This document shows positions 1 to 9,920 of a stretch of 64,000 nucleotides of DNA, one piece after another. The first letter of the stretch is position 1; the number at the start of each line of letters is the position of its first letter. The DNA lies in the NCBI GenBank assembly GCA_021785355.1, contig JAJYFR010000001.1, positions 1,003 to 65,002 of the forward strand, written 5' to 3'. The position numbers and the translations under genes are program-made. The notes under the pieces are model-generated. The model saw nothing but the letters and a program-made list of their open reading frames with translations. It was not told where the DNA came from and did no database searches. Source of the stretch: a bacterium (lineage in GTDB: Bacteria > Patescibacteriota > Dojkabacteria > JAKAPS01 > JAJZLI01).

Positions 1-52
1 TACCTCTATGAACATCTTTAATATATAGGATAAAGATGTTATCTGATTAATA

Positions 53-454
53 TTATTTCACTGTTTTATTAAACAATTTGGTAAGATCTTTATCAAATGT
101 TATAAGTTGGTCAAGTTTGTATCTTATGCAAAAAGCAATATTGGTACAATCTATATAGCTGATATTTTTATTTATTTCTTTTCTAAATATTGTTCTTGCA
201 ATGTCTTCTGTTTCTCTCTTGGGTATCAATATTTTTGTATTTCCAGAATAAATATCATTTTCAAAAACTATGGCTGTTTTATGATTAAATTTTTGGGACA
301 GTACAGTTAGACATTCTGAGATTATATAACTGGAAGTAAACAATTCTGATTTTTGAGATTTCAAAGTATCTAGTAATTCTAAAGATTGTATATGGGTGGA
401 TTCTTCTTTGTTCAATATTGAAATATATACATTAGAATCTATGAATGCTTTCAT
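53..454 (-). CDS. PIN-domain nuclease, VapC-like toxin of a type II toxin-antitoxin pair
   Basis: 133 aa. N-terminal FIDSNVYI and C-terminal ITFDKD acidic motifs are typical of PIN domains. The start is 1 nt from the stop of the upstream 74-aa partner gene. Confidence 0.6.
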   Translation of the reverse strand: MKAFIDSNVYISILNKEESTHIQSLELLDTLKSQKSELFTSSYIISECLTVLSQKFNHKTAIVFENDIYSGNTKILIPKRETEDIARTIFRKEINKNISYIDCTNIAFCIRYKLDQLITFDKDLTKLFNKTVK

Positions 455-455
455 T

Positions 456-680
456 TTATTTATATACTATTTCATCAATATGAGATGTAAGGTCTTTTTC
501 TCCTTTTAAATTGTATTTAGATAATTTTATTAGAGTGGATATACCTCTATCGTTTTTTTTGTTAAATGTATTTTCAATATAATTTCTAATAACAAAAGAT
601 ATTGGTTTATTTTCTTGTTCTGCCAACAAATCAAATTCTGCATATATATCTTGTGGTAAGTATAGTTGTACTTTTTTCAT
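456..680 (-). CDS. Putative antitoxin (ribbon-helix-helix/CopG-like) paired with the PIN toxin
   Basis: 74 aa. The N-terminal KKVQLYLPQDIYAEFDLLAEQENK resembles an RHH beta-strand-helix. It is tightly coupled to the downstream PIN gene. Confidence 0.45.
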   Translation of the reverse strand: MKKVQLYLPQDIYAEFDLLAEQENKPISFVIRNYIENTFNKKNDRGISTLIKLSKYNLKGEKDLTSHIDEIVYK

Positions 681-1007
681 AACATCAATATTATAACAAT
701 TTTGTGAAAAAGAGTCAAGGAGTCTTCAAATCTAGGAATTTATTTATGATTATGATTCTATATATTCTTTGTTGAGGATTTTGCTCAGAGTAATTTTTAA
801 AGAATCTTTAGTTATATATATCTATAGTAAATATATTATTTGCTCTAATAGTCCTTACAGCTATTTTTATTAAAGAGAATTAATATATTTGATATTTTTA
901 TCCCGCAGTCCAAAGTAAATATTATAAGATACTACTTTTACGTATTAAATTTATAATTTAGCTTTATCTTATACCTGAAGAGAATTTTACACACAGTTTT
1001 CATGCCC

Positions 1008-1036
1008 TTGACAAAAACTATAGGACGTGATAGCAT
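1008..1036 (+). promoter_or_regulatory. Sigma70-like promoter TTGACA-17-TAGCAT carrying a conserved extension TTGACAAAAACTATAGG
   Basis: TTGACA at 1008..1013, a 17-nt spacer, then TAGCAT at 1031..1036, about 37 nt upstream of the ATG at 1073. The same 17-mer recurs at 27904 and a close variant at 14215. Confidence 0.4.
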
Positions 1037-1072
1037 GTATTTTACATTATTTTAAATATACTTTTAATATTT

Positions 1073-2170
1073 ATGAATATAGAAGCAATAGATACATTTA
1101 TAGAAAGAGATGAAAAAAAAGAAGCTTCTTTGCAAAAAAAAGAAACTCCTATAGAAACTACATCTAGACATTTTAGAGAATTCAATAACAATGTACCTAA
1201 TTTTTTAGTAGATGGAAAAAATGAAGAAGAAGCTTCTCTTCCTGAATTAAAGTTTGACAAAGTCAGAGATGCAGAAACAGGGCAAGAATACAGAATTTTT
1301 ATTATCAATGAAGAATCAATTAAAGAGGGAAAAATCCCAAATGTTCTTACATTACAATATAACATAGGTGTAGATCATAAACCTGTACAATATTTAGCAC
1401 AAGTAATGGGACAAGAAGGAGATCCAATTATTTGCGTAGAAAGTCCTTCTGTTGGGGAATCTTCTGATATGACTAAAGATCAAAAAAAATTTTTAAAAGA
1501 GGGAGAAAAACCTTTTGAAAAAATATCTGAAAGTTTGTTGAGAGCTTTATATGGAAAAATCTATAATCCAAGAAATAAGGATAGAGAAATAAATTTTGTA
1601 GGATATTCACAAGGAGCAATTACAGCTTTAAGTAATGCGGAAGTAGCAGATAAATATGGTTTTAAAGTTAGAAAAGTTTTTCTTTTAGATATTCCTGGTA
1701 TAAAAGATTTTGGGAAAGGAGAAATAGGTTCAATTTTAGGCATAACCGGGGCTTTTAGTTCAGAAGCCTCAAGTTTAGGGTTTTATGAAAAAGATCCTAA
1801 TGATGAGAGGCAAAGAGAGGTTAGTGGGGTTGATAAAAAAAATAATCCACTAGTTACAAATGCTAGACTACTTAGAGATGTTGTAATAAAACCTATGACT
1901 AGAAGAGGTATGCAAACAGGGTATCCTGCTGCTATGGGAAGAAAAGTTGTTCCTGCGATTCTTGAATCTGCTTTGTCAAAACAGCCTGATATGAAAGTAA
2001 CTTTTGTGAGTGGATCTAAAAGTAAAATTACTCCAACTGAAGATACAAAAGAATTGCTTAAAGAATTTAATACAGATAGGATAAGAAGGATAGTTCTTCC
2101 AGGAGATACACATTCTGTAGGAGAGAGAGCTAGGAGACTAGGGGCATTATTCAAATTTACGAACAAATAA
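1073..2170 (+). CDS. Hypothetical alpha/beta-hydrolase-fold protein (esterase/lipase-like, GYSQG nucleophile elbow)
   Basis: 365 aa. The G-x-S-x-G motif (VGYSQGA) lies mid-protein, with downstream Asp and His candidates (LLDIPG, GDTHSVG). There is no signal peptide, and a promoter sits directly upstream. The antisense ORFs in the track are low-complexity and probably spurious. Confidence 0.6.
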   Translation: MNIEAIDTFIERDEKKEASLQKKETPIETTSRHFREFNNNVPNFLVDGKNEEEASLPELKFDKVRDAETGQEYRIFIINEESIKEGKIPNVLTLQYNIGVDHKPVQYLAQVMGQEGDPIICVESPSVGESSDMTKDQKKFLKEGEKPFEKISESLLRALYGKIYNPRNKDREINFVGYSQGAITALSNAEVADKYGFKVRKVFLLDIPGIKDFGKGEIGSILGITGAFSSEASSLGFYEKDPNDERQREVSGVDKKNNPLVTNARLLRDVVIKPMTRRGMQTGYPAAMGRKVVPAILESALSKQPDMKVTFVSGSKSKITPTEDTKELLKEFNTDRIRRIVLPGDTHSVGERARRLGALFKFTNK

Positions 2171-2182
2171 TATTGTTAATTT

Positions 2183-2262
2183 CTTATAAAGGAAATTTCT
2201 CGTACATATAAAGATAGATCTAATGATGTAATAAGCTCTTTTTCTTTTAATGTTTGATAAAT
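2183..2262. repeat. Degenerate duplicate of the valS 3' end (~89% identical to 3089..3167)
   Basis: Direct repeat cttataaaggaaatttctcgtacat...tctttttcttttaatgtttgata. A 1-nt indel breaks the valS C-terminal reading frame in this copy. Confidence 0.7.
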
Positions 2263-2361
2263 ACTCTCAGTGATAAATGGAATAAGTTGATATTTTTATT
2301 TAAAAGTCCTAGTTTATATAAAGCTATTTAAAGTTTTAAGAGTAGTAAGTTGTAATAATTT

Positions 2362-3081
2362 TTGAAAAATGATAAATATATTATTAGTATGGAAGATATC
2401 TCAAAAGAAGAAGTTTCTAATGCAAATACAATTGAATCTCAGAATAGTATCTCTACTTCTCAATCTTTTTTAAAAAAAACAGATTATTATAATATTTTTG
2501 TAAGCATACTAGTTGGATTTTTTTTATTAATATTAATTATCTTATTCATAATACCTTATTCTCATACTCATAATTTAAAAAATACAAATATTTATGGTTT
2601 AGGCGGGACAAAATCTTTATATAAAGGAAAAATTAATGATTCGTTTAATATAAATATTGTCATTACTATAGATTCTATAAATAGTGCTATAGAACACTAT
2701 ACAGTTGATAATAAAGGAGTTTTGCCTCCTTTACCTCAATTAACATCTCCTGCGATTGTAACATCAGGTACATCATACGGATATAATATACGAGGTAATA
2801 CAAAAGGAACTCCAATTTGTGCAATAAAAACAAAAGGAACACTTCCTACACAAGTTGCAAAAGTAAAAGTGTCAGGTTTTGATTCTTGTGAAACTTTAGC
2901 TACACTTGAAAAAGCTGTACCTGCTATAAAAAATTATTTATTAACCCCTTCAGTAGGAGGAAATGTTAATTATTATATAGCAGAAAGTGCAAATGGAACA
3001 GGGATTTTAGTATTTGCAACTGGTATGAAAAAAGGAGCAACAAGTAATACAGAAGGTTATCCAATAGCTTATCTTTATTAA
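2362..3081 (+). CDS. Hypothetical membrane-anchored protein (single N-terminal TM helix, Gly/Thr-rich ectodomain)
   Basis: 239 aa. A hydrophobic segment FVSILVGFFLLILIILFII is followed by a hydrophilic extracytoplasmic region. The gene is bounded by the valS 3'-end direct repeats. Confidence 0.55.
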   Translation: MKNDKYIISMEDISKEEVSNANTIESQNSISTSQSFLKKTDYYNIFVSILVGFFLLILIILFIIPYSHTHNLKNTNIYGLGGTKSLYKGKINDSFNINIVITIDSINSAIEHYTVDNKGVLPPLPQLTSPAIVTSGTSYGYNIRGNTKGTPICAIKTKGTLPTQVAKVKVSGFDSCETLATLEKAVPAIKNYLLTPSVGGNVNYYIAESANGTGILVFATGMKKGATSNTEGYPIAYLY

Positions 3082-3088
3082 ATTTTTC

Positions 3089-3167
3089 CTTATAAAGGAA
3101 ATTTCTCGTACATTAAAGATGTATCTAGAGGAGTAATAAGATCTTTTTCTTTTAATGTTTGATATAT
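3089..3167. repeat. Second copy of the direct repeat; this copy is the authentic valS 3' end
   Basis: Matches 2183..2262. It encodes ...DLITPLDTSLMYEKFPL* on the minus strand. Confidence 0.7.
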
Positions 3168-5273
3168 ATTTTCTGTTATAAAAGGTATAAAAGGATGCAT
3201 TACTATTATATTTTGAAGTAGGGTATATATAAGTTCTGCTTTCATGTCTAGAGTCTGATATTCTTTAGTTTTTTCAATATATATGTCACAATAAGTGTGA
3301 TGATAAAAATTTTGAATATTGAAAGCCGCAATTCCTATATCAAATTTTTCTAATAATTTCTCTATGTTTCTTATATGCTTTTCTTGTTCTTTTTGAATAC
3401 TAAAATCTTTCATTTTTACTCTATACCCTAGATTTTCTCTAATATATTTTTTGTCTTCAGAAGAAAGATTTTCTGTCTGCAATAAGATATATCTTGCAGA
3501 ATTATATATTTTATTAATAAAATTTCTAAATCCTTTTACTTTTTCTTCATACAAACGAAGATCTTGATCTGCCGCATTTCCTGAAACTAATGATAACCTT
3601 AGTGCATCTGTTCCAAATTTATCTATAAACGTAGAAGGGTCCATTCCATTACCTTTCGATTTAGATTGTTTTTGACCATCTTTATCTAAAACTATTCCAT
3701 GCAGATAAACATCCCTAAAAGGAACTTTTTTTGTTTTATACAAACTTAACATCACCATCCTGGATACCCAAGAGAAAAGAATGTCTCTTCCTGTCTCCAT
3801 TACATCTTCAGGATAAAATTCTTTAAAATCTTTAGAATTTAATCCTCCTAGAACAGAATAAGGCCATTGAGAAGAAGAAAACCAAGTATCAAAAATATCT
3901 TCATCTTGAACTATTTTTGAGGATTTACAAAAGGGGCATTCTTTTGGTTCATCCAAAGATACAAATGTATTTCCACAACCTAAAATTTTTTCTGTAATAT
4001 CTCCATTTTCACTTATTATCGTTTCTTTGCCTCCACAGTAATAAACAGGAATTCTTTGCCCCCACCACAGTTGTCTTGATATACACCAGTCTTCTAAATT
4101 TTCTAACCATTGAACATAATTCTTTTCTTGTCGTTTAGGATGAATATGAATTTTTTCTTCTTCTAATGCTCTTATAGCAGAAGATGCCATATCTTTAGTT
4201 TTTAAAAACCATTGATAAGATATTAAAGGTTCTATTACTGTTTTTGATCTTTCACAAATCTGAATACTATGTTTGATTTTTTCTATCTTTTTTATTAAAT
4301 CTAAATCTTCTAATTCTTTTACAATAAGATCTCTTGCTTCTTTAACTTTCAATCCTTTATATTTTCCATATGTCATTTTTCCTCTCTGATCAATGACACT
4401 TATTATTGGTAGATTATGAATCTCTCCTAGTCTAAAATCTTCTTTTGAATGTCCTGGAGTAACTTTTAATACACCTGTTCCAAAATTTATATCAACAACC
4501 CTATCTCCTATAACAGGTAGGGTTTTTAACCCTTCTAGACTTTTAAATTCTATTACTTTTCCTATTAGGTGCTTATATCTTTTATCTCTTGGATTTACGG
4601 CAATTGCTGTATCTGCAATTATAGTCTCAGGTCTTGTTGTCGCAACTATTAAATCTCCGTATTTAATGTAATACAGAAAAGACTCTTCTTCTTCATATTC
4701 TGTATCAATGTCGGCTAGTGCTGTAAAACATTTAGGACACCAATTTATAATTCTTTTTCCCCTATATACTAAACCTTGATCAAACATTTCTTTGAAAGTT
4801 TCATTTACTATTCTGTTTAAATCCTCATCAAGTGTGAATTTTTCTCTAGAAAAATCTGCACTAAGGCCTATTCTTTTCTCTTGAGAACGGATATTATTAG
4901 AATTAATAATACAAAAATCAAAACACTGTTTATAAAACTCTTCTCTGCCTAAATCTCTTTTTTTTATACCTTTTTTTTCTAGAACTTTTTCAAAAACAAC
5001 TTCAGTTTGAATACTAGCATGATCTTTTCCAGGAACTAAAAGAACTTTATAACCTTTTAACCTTTTATATCTAGCAAGTATATCTTGATATGTATATCCT
5101 GATACATGACCTAAGTGTAGAGTTCCATTAGCATTAGGAGGAGGAAGAGGAATACTAAATGTTTTTTTCCTACTCTCTTTATATTCAGGAGTATATAAAT
5201 TGTTTCTTTCCCAGAAATTTAAAATTTCTATTTCAGTTTTATTAGGATTATATGATTTTTCTTCAATATTCAT
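3090..5273 (-). CDS. valS: Valyl-tRNA synthetase (class I aaRS), short form lacking the long C-terminal coiled-coil
   Basis: 727 aa. The PPPNANGTLHLGHV HIGH region and the KQSKSKGN (KMSKS-like) motif match ValRS signatures. Editing-domain-like and Zn-binding cysteines (CPKC...CGG...C) are present. Confidence 0.75.
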   Translation of the reverse strand: MNIEEKSYNPNKTEIEILNFWERNNLYTPEYKESRKKTFSIPLPPPNANGTLHLGHVSGYTYQDILARYKRLKGYKVLLVPGKDHASIQTEVVFEKVLEKKGIKKRDLGREEFYKQCFDFCIINSNNIRSQEKRIGLSADFSREKFTLDEDLNRIVNETFKEMFDQGLVYRGKRIINWCPKCFTALADIDTEYEEEESFLYYIKYGDLIVATTRPETIIADTAIAVNPRDKRYKHLIGKVIEFKSLEGLKTLPVIGDRVVDINFGTGVLKVTPGHSKEDFRLGEIHNLPIISVIDQRGKMTYGKYKGLKVKEARDLIVKELEDLDLIKKIEKIKHSIQICERSKTVIEPLISYQWFLKTKDMASSAIRALEEEKIHIHPKRQEKNYVQWLENLEDWCISRQLWWGQRIPVYYCGGKETIISENGDITEKILGCGNTFVSLDEPKECPFCKSSKIVQDEDIFDTWFSSSQWPYSVLGGLNSKDFKEFYPEDVMETGRDILFSWVSRMVMLSLYKTKKVPFRDVYLHGIVLDKDGQKQSKSKGNGMDPSTFIDKFGTDALRLSLVSGNAADQDLRLYEEKVKGFRNFINKIYNSARYILLQTENLSSEDKKYIRENLGYRVKMKDFSIQKEQEKHIRNIEKLLEKFDIGIAAFNIQNFYHHTYCDIYIEKTKEYQTLDMKAELIYTLLQNIIVMHPFIPFITENIYQTLKEKDLITPLDTSLMYEKFPL

Positions 5274-5407
5274 ATTTTAATAATTATATCATAGAAGACA
5301 AAAAAATAGCTTTAAAATGTATATGAATAATGCTCTAAACAGAGGGATCTTTACAGATTTTATAGATAAGGTATTATAGATATAATTTATATTAGATTTT
5401 ATATTTT

Positions 5408-6889
5408 ATGAGTATAAAAATAAAAAAAGCTTATTTTTTAGTATTTTTTCTCTCTTTGTTATTAATTTATATGCTTTCTTTAGGTAAGGTATTTGCAGAT
5501 GCACCAGATGCATCTCAAGTTCTTGCTGTTAGTAAAGATTTAAAAATAGTAGTTTTACCTACACAACTTGCAAGTGGAGCACCTTCTGGGTACTATATAA
5601 TATCTAAAACAGGAGCAGTACTGTCTTATGGAAATGCCCAGTTTTATGGAGATTTAACACAAATTCCTAATATTCCTAATAATCAGGTCGCAGATATGGT
5701 TTTAACTCCAAATGATTTAGGTTATTATATTCTTACCAAAGATGGGGGAGTATATACTTTTGGAAATGCTAAGTTTTTTGGTTCTGTTTTTAATATAACT
5801 AATGCTCCTATAAAAAATGCAGTTTCTATAAAATTAACTCCAAATGGTAATGGTTATTATGTTCTTACAGAAGATGGTGCTGTATATACATTTGGAACTG
5901 CTAAATTTAATGGATCTATGTATAATATACCAGCAGCACCTAATAAGGTTCCTGTCTCATTAAATATAACTCCTAACGGTCAAGGTTATTATATTCAAAC
6001 AGAAGATGGAGGTATATATACATTTGGGAATGCTCAATTTTTAGGATCAGTATATAATATTCCTCAGGCTCCTGTAAAAAATGCAATGGGAATGAAATTA
6101 ACTCCAAGAGGTCAAGGATATTATGTTCAAACTACAGATGGAGGTGTATATACTTTTGGAACAGCTCAATTTCAAGGATCAATATTTAATATAAAAGGAG
6201 CTCCTAATAAAACAGTCGCAGATATTGCTATAACACCAAATGGACAAGGTTATTATGCTCTAACTGCAGATGGAGGAGTATATACATTTGGGAATGCTCA
6301 GTTCGATGGTGCAGATTCAGCAGATGTAGCAGAAAATACTCTTACTGTGAAAAGTTATGTACAAGAACAAGTATCTCCAACTCAAGTTTTAGTAGAGGGA
6401 GAGATTCAGAATAATTCTAATACTACAATGACAGGAGTTACTCTTACTGCAACTGGTTCTTTTGGAACTCAGACAGTTACACCTATAATGTCAGCTCTAA
6501 ATCCTGATCAAAAAACTGCATTTATGTTTAGTTATCAAGGAACAGTATCTTCAGTAACATTTAGTGTAACAGGAACAACTTTTTCATCTAGTTATACAGA
6601 TCCTTTAAAGGTAAGTAATATTCAAGTAACTCAAGGTAGTGGAACTATAACAGTTACAGGAAATGTTACTAATAATTCTTCAGTTACTATAACTACTCCT
6701 AAGGTAGATATATTGTTTTTTGACTCAAATGAAAATATAGTAGCTCTACTAGATGCTACTAATAGTTTAGCTTCAAGTACCATTGCTCCAGGAGCTACAA
6801 CAACATTTAGTGCAACTCTTACGGGAGCTCCTGTATCTCAAGTATCTACAAACTTTGATGATGCAGTAAAAGTTTTTGCATCAAATTAG
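5408..6889 (+). CDS. Secreted repeat protein: signal peptide, about 6 copies of a ~44-aa GYYxLTxDGGVYTFGNAQFxGS repeat, and two Thr/Ser/Val-rich beta-sandwich-like C-terminal domains
   Basis: 493 aa. The signal peptide MSIKIKKAYFLVFFLSLLLIYMLSLGKVFA precedes tandem repeats of period 44 aa. The same repeat family occurs in 15870..17945 and 17945..20041. Confidence 0.8.
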   Translation: MSIKIKKAYFLVFFLSLLLIYMLSLGKVFADAPDASQVLAVSKDLKIVVLPTQLASGAPSGYYIISKTGAVLSYGNAQFYGDLTQIPNIPNNQVADMVLTPNDLGYYILTKDGGVYTFGNAKFFGSVFNITNAPIKNAVSIKLTPNGNGYYVLTEDGAVYTFGTAKFNGSMYNIPAAPNKVPVSLNITPNGQGYYIQTEDGGIYTFGNAQFLGSVYNIPQAPVKNAMGMKLTPRGQGYYVQTTDGGVYTFGTAQFQGSIFNIKGAPNKTVADIAITPNGQGYYALTADGGVYTFGNAQFDGADSADVAENTLTVKSYVQEQVSPTQVLVEGEIQNNSNTTMTGVTLTATGSFGTQTVTPIMSALNPDQKTAFMFSYQGTVSSVTFSVTGTTFSSSYTDPLKVSNIQVTQGSGTITVTGNVTNNSSVTITTPKVDILFFDSNENIVALLDATNSLASSTIAPGATTTFSATLTGAPVSQVSTNFDDAVKVFASN

Positions 6890-6905
6890 TATAAGTATAA
6901 AATAT

Positions 6906-6937
6906 GTAAAAAGGAGGGGAAACTCTCCTTTTTACTT
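6906..6937. terminator. Bidirectional rho-independent terminator between convergent genes
   Basis: gtaaaaaggag-ggga-aactctcctttttac forms an ~11-bp stem with a flanking A-run on one side and a T-run on the other. It sits between the stop of 5408..6889 (+) and the stop of 6932..7834 (-). Confidence 0.55.
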
Positions 6938-7834
6938 TATTACAAAAACATTACCCCCAGAAACTCCTATTAGACCCTTGTCTGTTTTTTTTATTAAAGA
7001 TATAGATTTTCCTTTTTTTAAATAACCCTTTTTTATAGAATTTTGAGATATAAATAACAATTCTCCTTTCTCTGTTCCTGCAAATAACATATTATCGATA
7101 ATGTCTAAAGAAGTAATAACAGAATCATTTTGAAATATTTCTTCTGTCTTCCATTCATCTGAAACATTTTCTAGTGAAAAAATTTTCTCACCTTTTGAAT
7201 AAATATAATTTTTTTCACTAATAGCAATTAAATTACGAGGAGAATTTATATCAGATAATTTCTCTACATTATAACTGTCATCTTCATGAAGATTCCATTT
7301 AAAAATACCTTCAAATCCTGAAGATACAAAAGATTTGCTGTTTAAGATAATAAATTTCTCAGTTTCAGGTACAATATCTGTTTTATTGTTTTTTAAAGTA
7401 AGATATTTTGTTTCCTTACCTATTCTTATTAAAGAAATATCCTCTTCATATGCACCTATTAATATAGAACTAAAATCCAGTGTTGCTGCTGAAAGTAGAA
7501 TAGGGGTCTTTATAAAAATTCTTTTTTTATAGCTTCTTTTATCTTCTCTTACTACAAGGATTCTTTCGTCTGAAAATTCAGATGCTTGTCTTACTAAAAA
7601 AGTTAATAATCTTTGATTATCATCTATACAAAATGTATCTACTATATTCTCTGAAGGATAAGAATTTTGAACAGGTTCAAGTCCTAATAAAGGGTCCCTT
7701 TTAAAAACATTTCCTTTTTTAGAATAATAGATCTCCCCCTTTTGAGATACCTGTATTGAGCTACTATCAACTTTACCTACAAGATACTCAGAGAGATCAA
7801 AATCTTCATCTGTGTGTTCTAATTCTAAATTCAT
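6932..7834 (-). CDS. Hypothetical protein
   Basis: 300-aa ORF in an AT-rich genome, which makes a chance ORF of this length unlikely. No recognisable motifs. Confidence 0.55.
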   Translation of the reverse strand: MNLELEHTDEDFDLSEYLVGKVDSSSIQVSQKGEIYYSKKGNVFKRDPLLGLEPVQNSYPSENIVDTFCIDDNQRLLTFLVRQASEFSDERILVVREDKRSYKKRIFIKTPILLSAATLDFSSILIGAYEEDISLIRIGKETKYLTLKNNKTDIVPETEKFIILNSKSFVSSGFEGIFKWNLHEDDSYNVEKLSDINSPRNLIAISEKNYIYSKGEKIFSLENVSDEWKTEEIFQNDSVITSLDIIDNMLFAGTEKGELLFISQNSIKKGYLKKGKSISLIKKTDKGLIGVSGGNVFVIK

Positions 7835-7921
7835 ATAATGTTTTGAAAATAAAACAACTTATACAATATTTTTATTTAACTGTCAATTGTTTTAGAAAGA
7901 ATAAAAGAGGGTGTTTAATCG

Positions 7922-9244
7922 TTATTGCCCATTCCAGTATTGAGCAATCATTGAAATTCCTGATACTTGGTTAGTATCCCAAGTTTGTTCAGATGCAAGT
8001 CCTGAAACTGTTCCTTGTACTCTAAATGTAGCACCATTTTCTGAATTACTATTTGTTTGAGTAGCATAAAGACCATAACTATTAAATGAAGAAGAGTTCC
8101 AAGATCCATTTAATCCACAATACGTTGGACAATTATTACCAACAACTATATTTACTGGACCAAAAGTATCATTAACAGTATCTCCATTTATTCTAGCATT
8201 ACCTTCTATATTGAAAAATAACCTAGGAGATAAATTGACCGTTATATCTGCTATTGGTGTTCCATTTACATAAAATACTGCAGTATTATCCTGTGACCAC
8301 CATGCAAGTTCTATATTTGTAGGACTATTCGAGGCTGGAGATAAATATTCATAAGAAAATACTCCGTTTTGAACTCTTTCCCATGTGTAGAAAGGAAGTC
8401 CATGAGAAGATGCAGAAGTTGAATCTGTTTGTATTCCTACGGAAATTGCATTATTATTTGCATCATGAGCATTTATATATGCAGAATATCCTGTTCCAGA
8501 ACCAGATTCTGTAATAGTATCTGTGTATGTTAAATATGGAGAACCAGATGGTATAATTACAGGGTTAGATACTACTGATCCTGGAGTAAAAGATATACCT
8601 GTAAATGTTGTATCACAGATATCTCCAGGTTCTCTTGATGCAGCTAAAAATGAAATAGAAGGATTATTTTCTGCTACAGGATATACACCTAAAGTTACTT
8701 GATTGTCTATTGTTACAGAAATACCTGTAGCTGTCCATGTAATTTGAAAATGGTGTGAAGCTCCATTTATTGCTCCTCCTGGCCAATATCCTCCAACAGG
8801 TTTTCCATTCGCAGCGCCCTCTACCATTATAGTTATTCCATTTGGAGATACTCCTGGGTCATGAATAAAACCAAAAGCTATATAATTATTAGGATCATTC
8901 CAAAATTGTACTAAACCTTTATATCCTGTTCCTGCTCCATATGCACAAACTCCATTAGGACAATATGTACCTTTTAGATCTACATTTAAAGTCCCAGAAG
9001 AAGAGCCCCTGTATGTAGTAGTTGCCCCAGATTGATAATTTACAGGTCCAGTACCCCATGCACCTTGATTCTTTCTCATACCCCACGCATGTACTGTACT
9101 TCCATAAGTTGATGTAGTTGCATATAATCCAGGATCCCAAGAATAAGGAGAAAGTTGAGCAGAAGCTGCAAAGGATTTATGTGCAGTTAATATAAAAATA
9201 ACTACAATGAAAAATACATATATAAAAGATTTTAATATTTTCAT
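7922..9244 (-). CDS. Secreted hypothetical protein (signal peptide; Gly/Thr/Ser/Asn-rich, lectin/glycan-binding-like)
   Basis: The start is moved to the internal Met MKILKSFIYVFFIVVIFILTAHKSFA, a classical signal peptide; the ORF track starts 12 codons earlier at 9280. The protein is about 440 aa and beta-rich. Confidence 0.65.
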   Translation of the reverse strand: MKILKSFIYVFFIVVIFILTAHKSFAASAQLSPYSWDPGLYATTSTYGSTVHAWGMRKNQGAWGTGPVNYQSGATTTYRGSSSGTLNVDLKGTYCPNGVCAYGAGTGYKGLVQFWNDPNNYIAFGFIHDPGVSPNGITIMVEGAANGKPVGGYWPGGAINGASHHFQITWTATGISVTIDNQVTLGVYPVAENNPSISFLAASREPGDICDTTFTGISFTPGSVVSNPVIIPSGSPYLTYTDTITESGSGTGYSAYINAHDANNNAISVGIQTDSTSASSHGLPFYTWERVQNGVFSYEYLSPASNSPTNIELAWWSQDNTAVFYVNGTPIADITVNLSPRLFFNIEGNARINGDTVNDTFGPVNIVVGNNCPTYCGLNGSWNSSSFNSYGLYATQTNSNSENGATFRVQGTVSGLASEQTWDTNQVSGISMIAQYWNGQ

Positions 9245-9489
9245 TGAATATATTCTATAAGAATATATATTTTTATACAATATAATCTCTGATTTTATTA
9301 TACAAATGCCTAAAACTCAGGTTTAAAATAATACCACTTTAGTATAACTTGGAAATTTTTAAACTTTTTTTCTTATTTTAGTGTGTATTTTTATTAAACT
9401 CCGACCGTGTCAGGTCGCGAGAAGTTTATTATATTTAATTACATATATCTATGCAATTTTTGGTGTGTTTAAAGATGAGCTAGTCATAT

Positions 9490-9915
9490 TTAGTGAAAAT
9501 AACTATTACTTATATTTAAAAATTCTGCGGGTTTTATAATTTGTATGTTTCTATATTGTGTTATTGACAATAAATCATCATCCCCACTTATTATATAGTC
9601 GACATTTCCAATAACTGCAGTTTCTATGACTTTGTTATCATCATGATCTCTACTTATTTTAACTGTAAGGCTACCAAGAGGAACCAAGGTTGCATCTTTC
9701 CTGATTGAGAGTTCAAGCAATTCCATGTTTGCTTGAAATAGCGGGAATTTTCTTGTTATTGTTCTGTGAAGCTCTGTAATAATTTCTTCACTAATTATTA
9801 TATTTATTTTTTTATCAATAAATTGTTGCAGTATAATTCTTGGAATTCCCCCAAAAACTAATCCAGATATCCATACATTAGTATCAATAACTACCTTAAT
9901 ATTGTGATTGGGCAT
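9490..9915 (-). CDS. PIN-domain toxin (PIN_3/TIGR00305-like)
   Basis: 141 aa. VVIDTNVWISGL at the N-terminus and DYIISGDDDLL near the C-terminus. It is paralogous to 53290..53751 and sits adjacent to an RHH partner. Confidence 0.7.
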   Translation of the reverse strand: MPNHNIKVVIDTNVWISGLVFGGIPRIILQQFIDKKINIIISEEIITELHRTITRKFPLFQANMELLELSIRKDATLVPLGSLTVKISRDHDDNKVIETAVIGNVDYIISGDDDLLSITQYRNIQIIKPAEFLNISNSYFH

Positions 9916-9920
9916 AATAT

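Noticed and set aside
7672-7698. tRNA T-arm-like motif GGTTCAAGTCC
   Set aside because: It lies inside a 300-aa ORF. No acceptor, D-arm or anticodon-arm complementarity could be built around it. It is most likely a chance match.
9403-9418. GC-rich hairpin cgacc-gtgtca-ggtcg in the AT-rich intergenic region between the PIN TA pair and the secreted-protein gene
   Set aside because: The stem is only 5 bp and no T-run follows on either strand. This is too weak to call a terminator. It could be an operator, but there is no supporting repeat elsewhere in the window.
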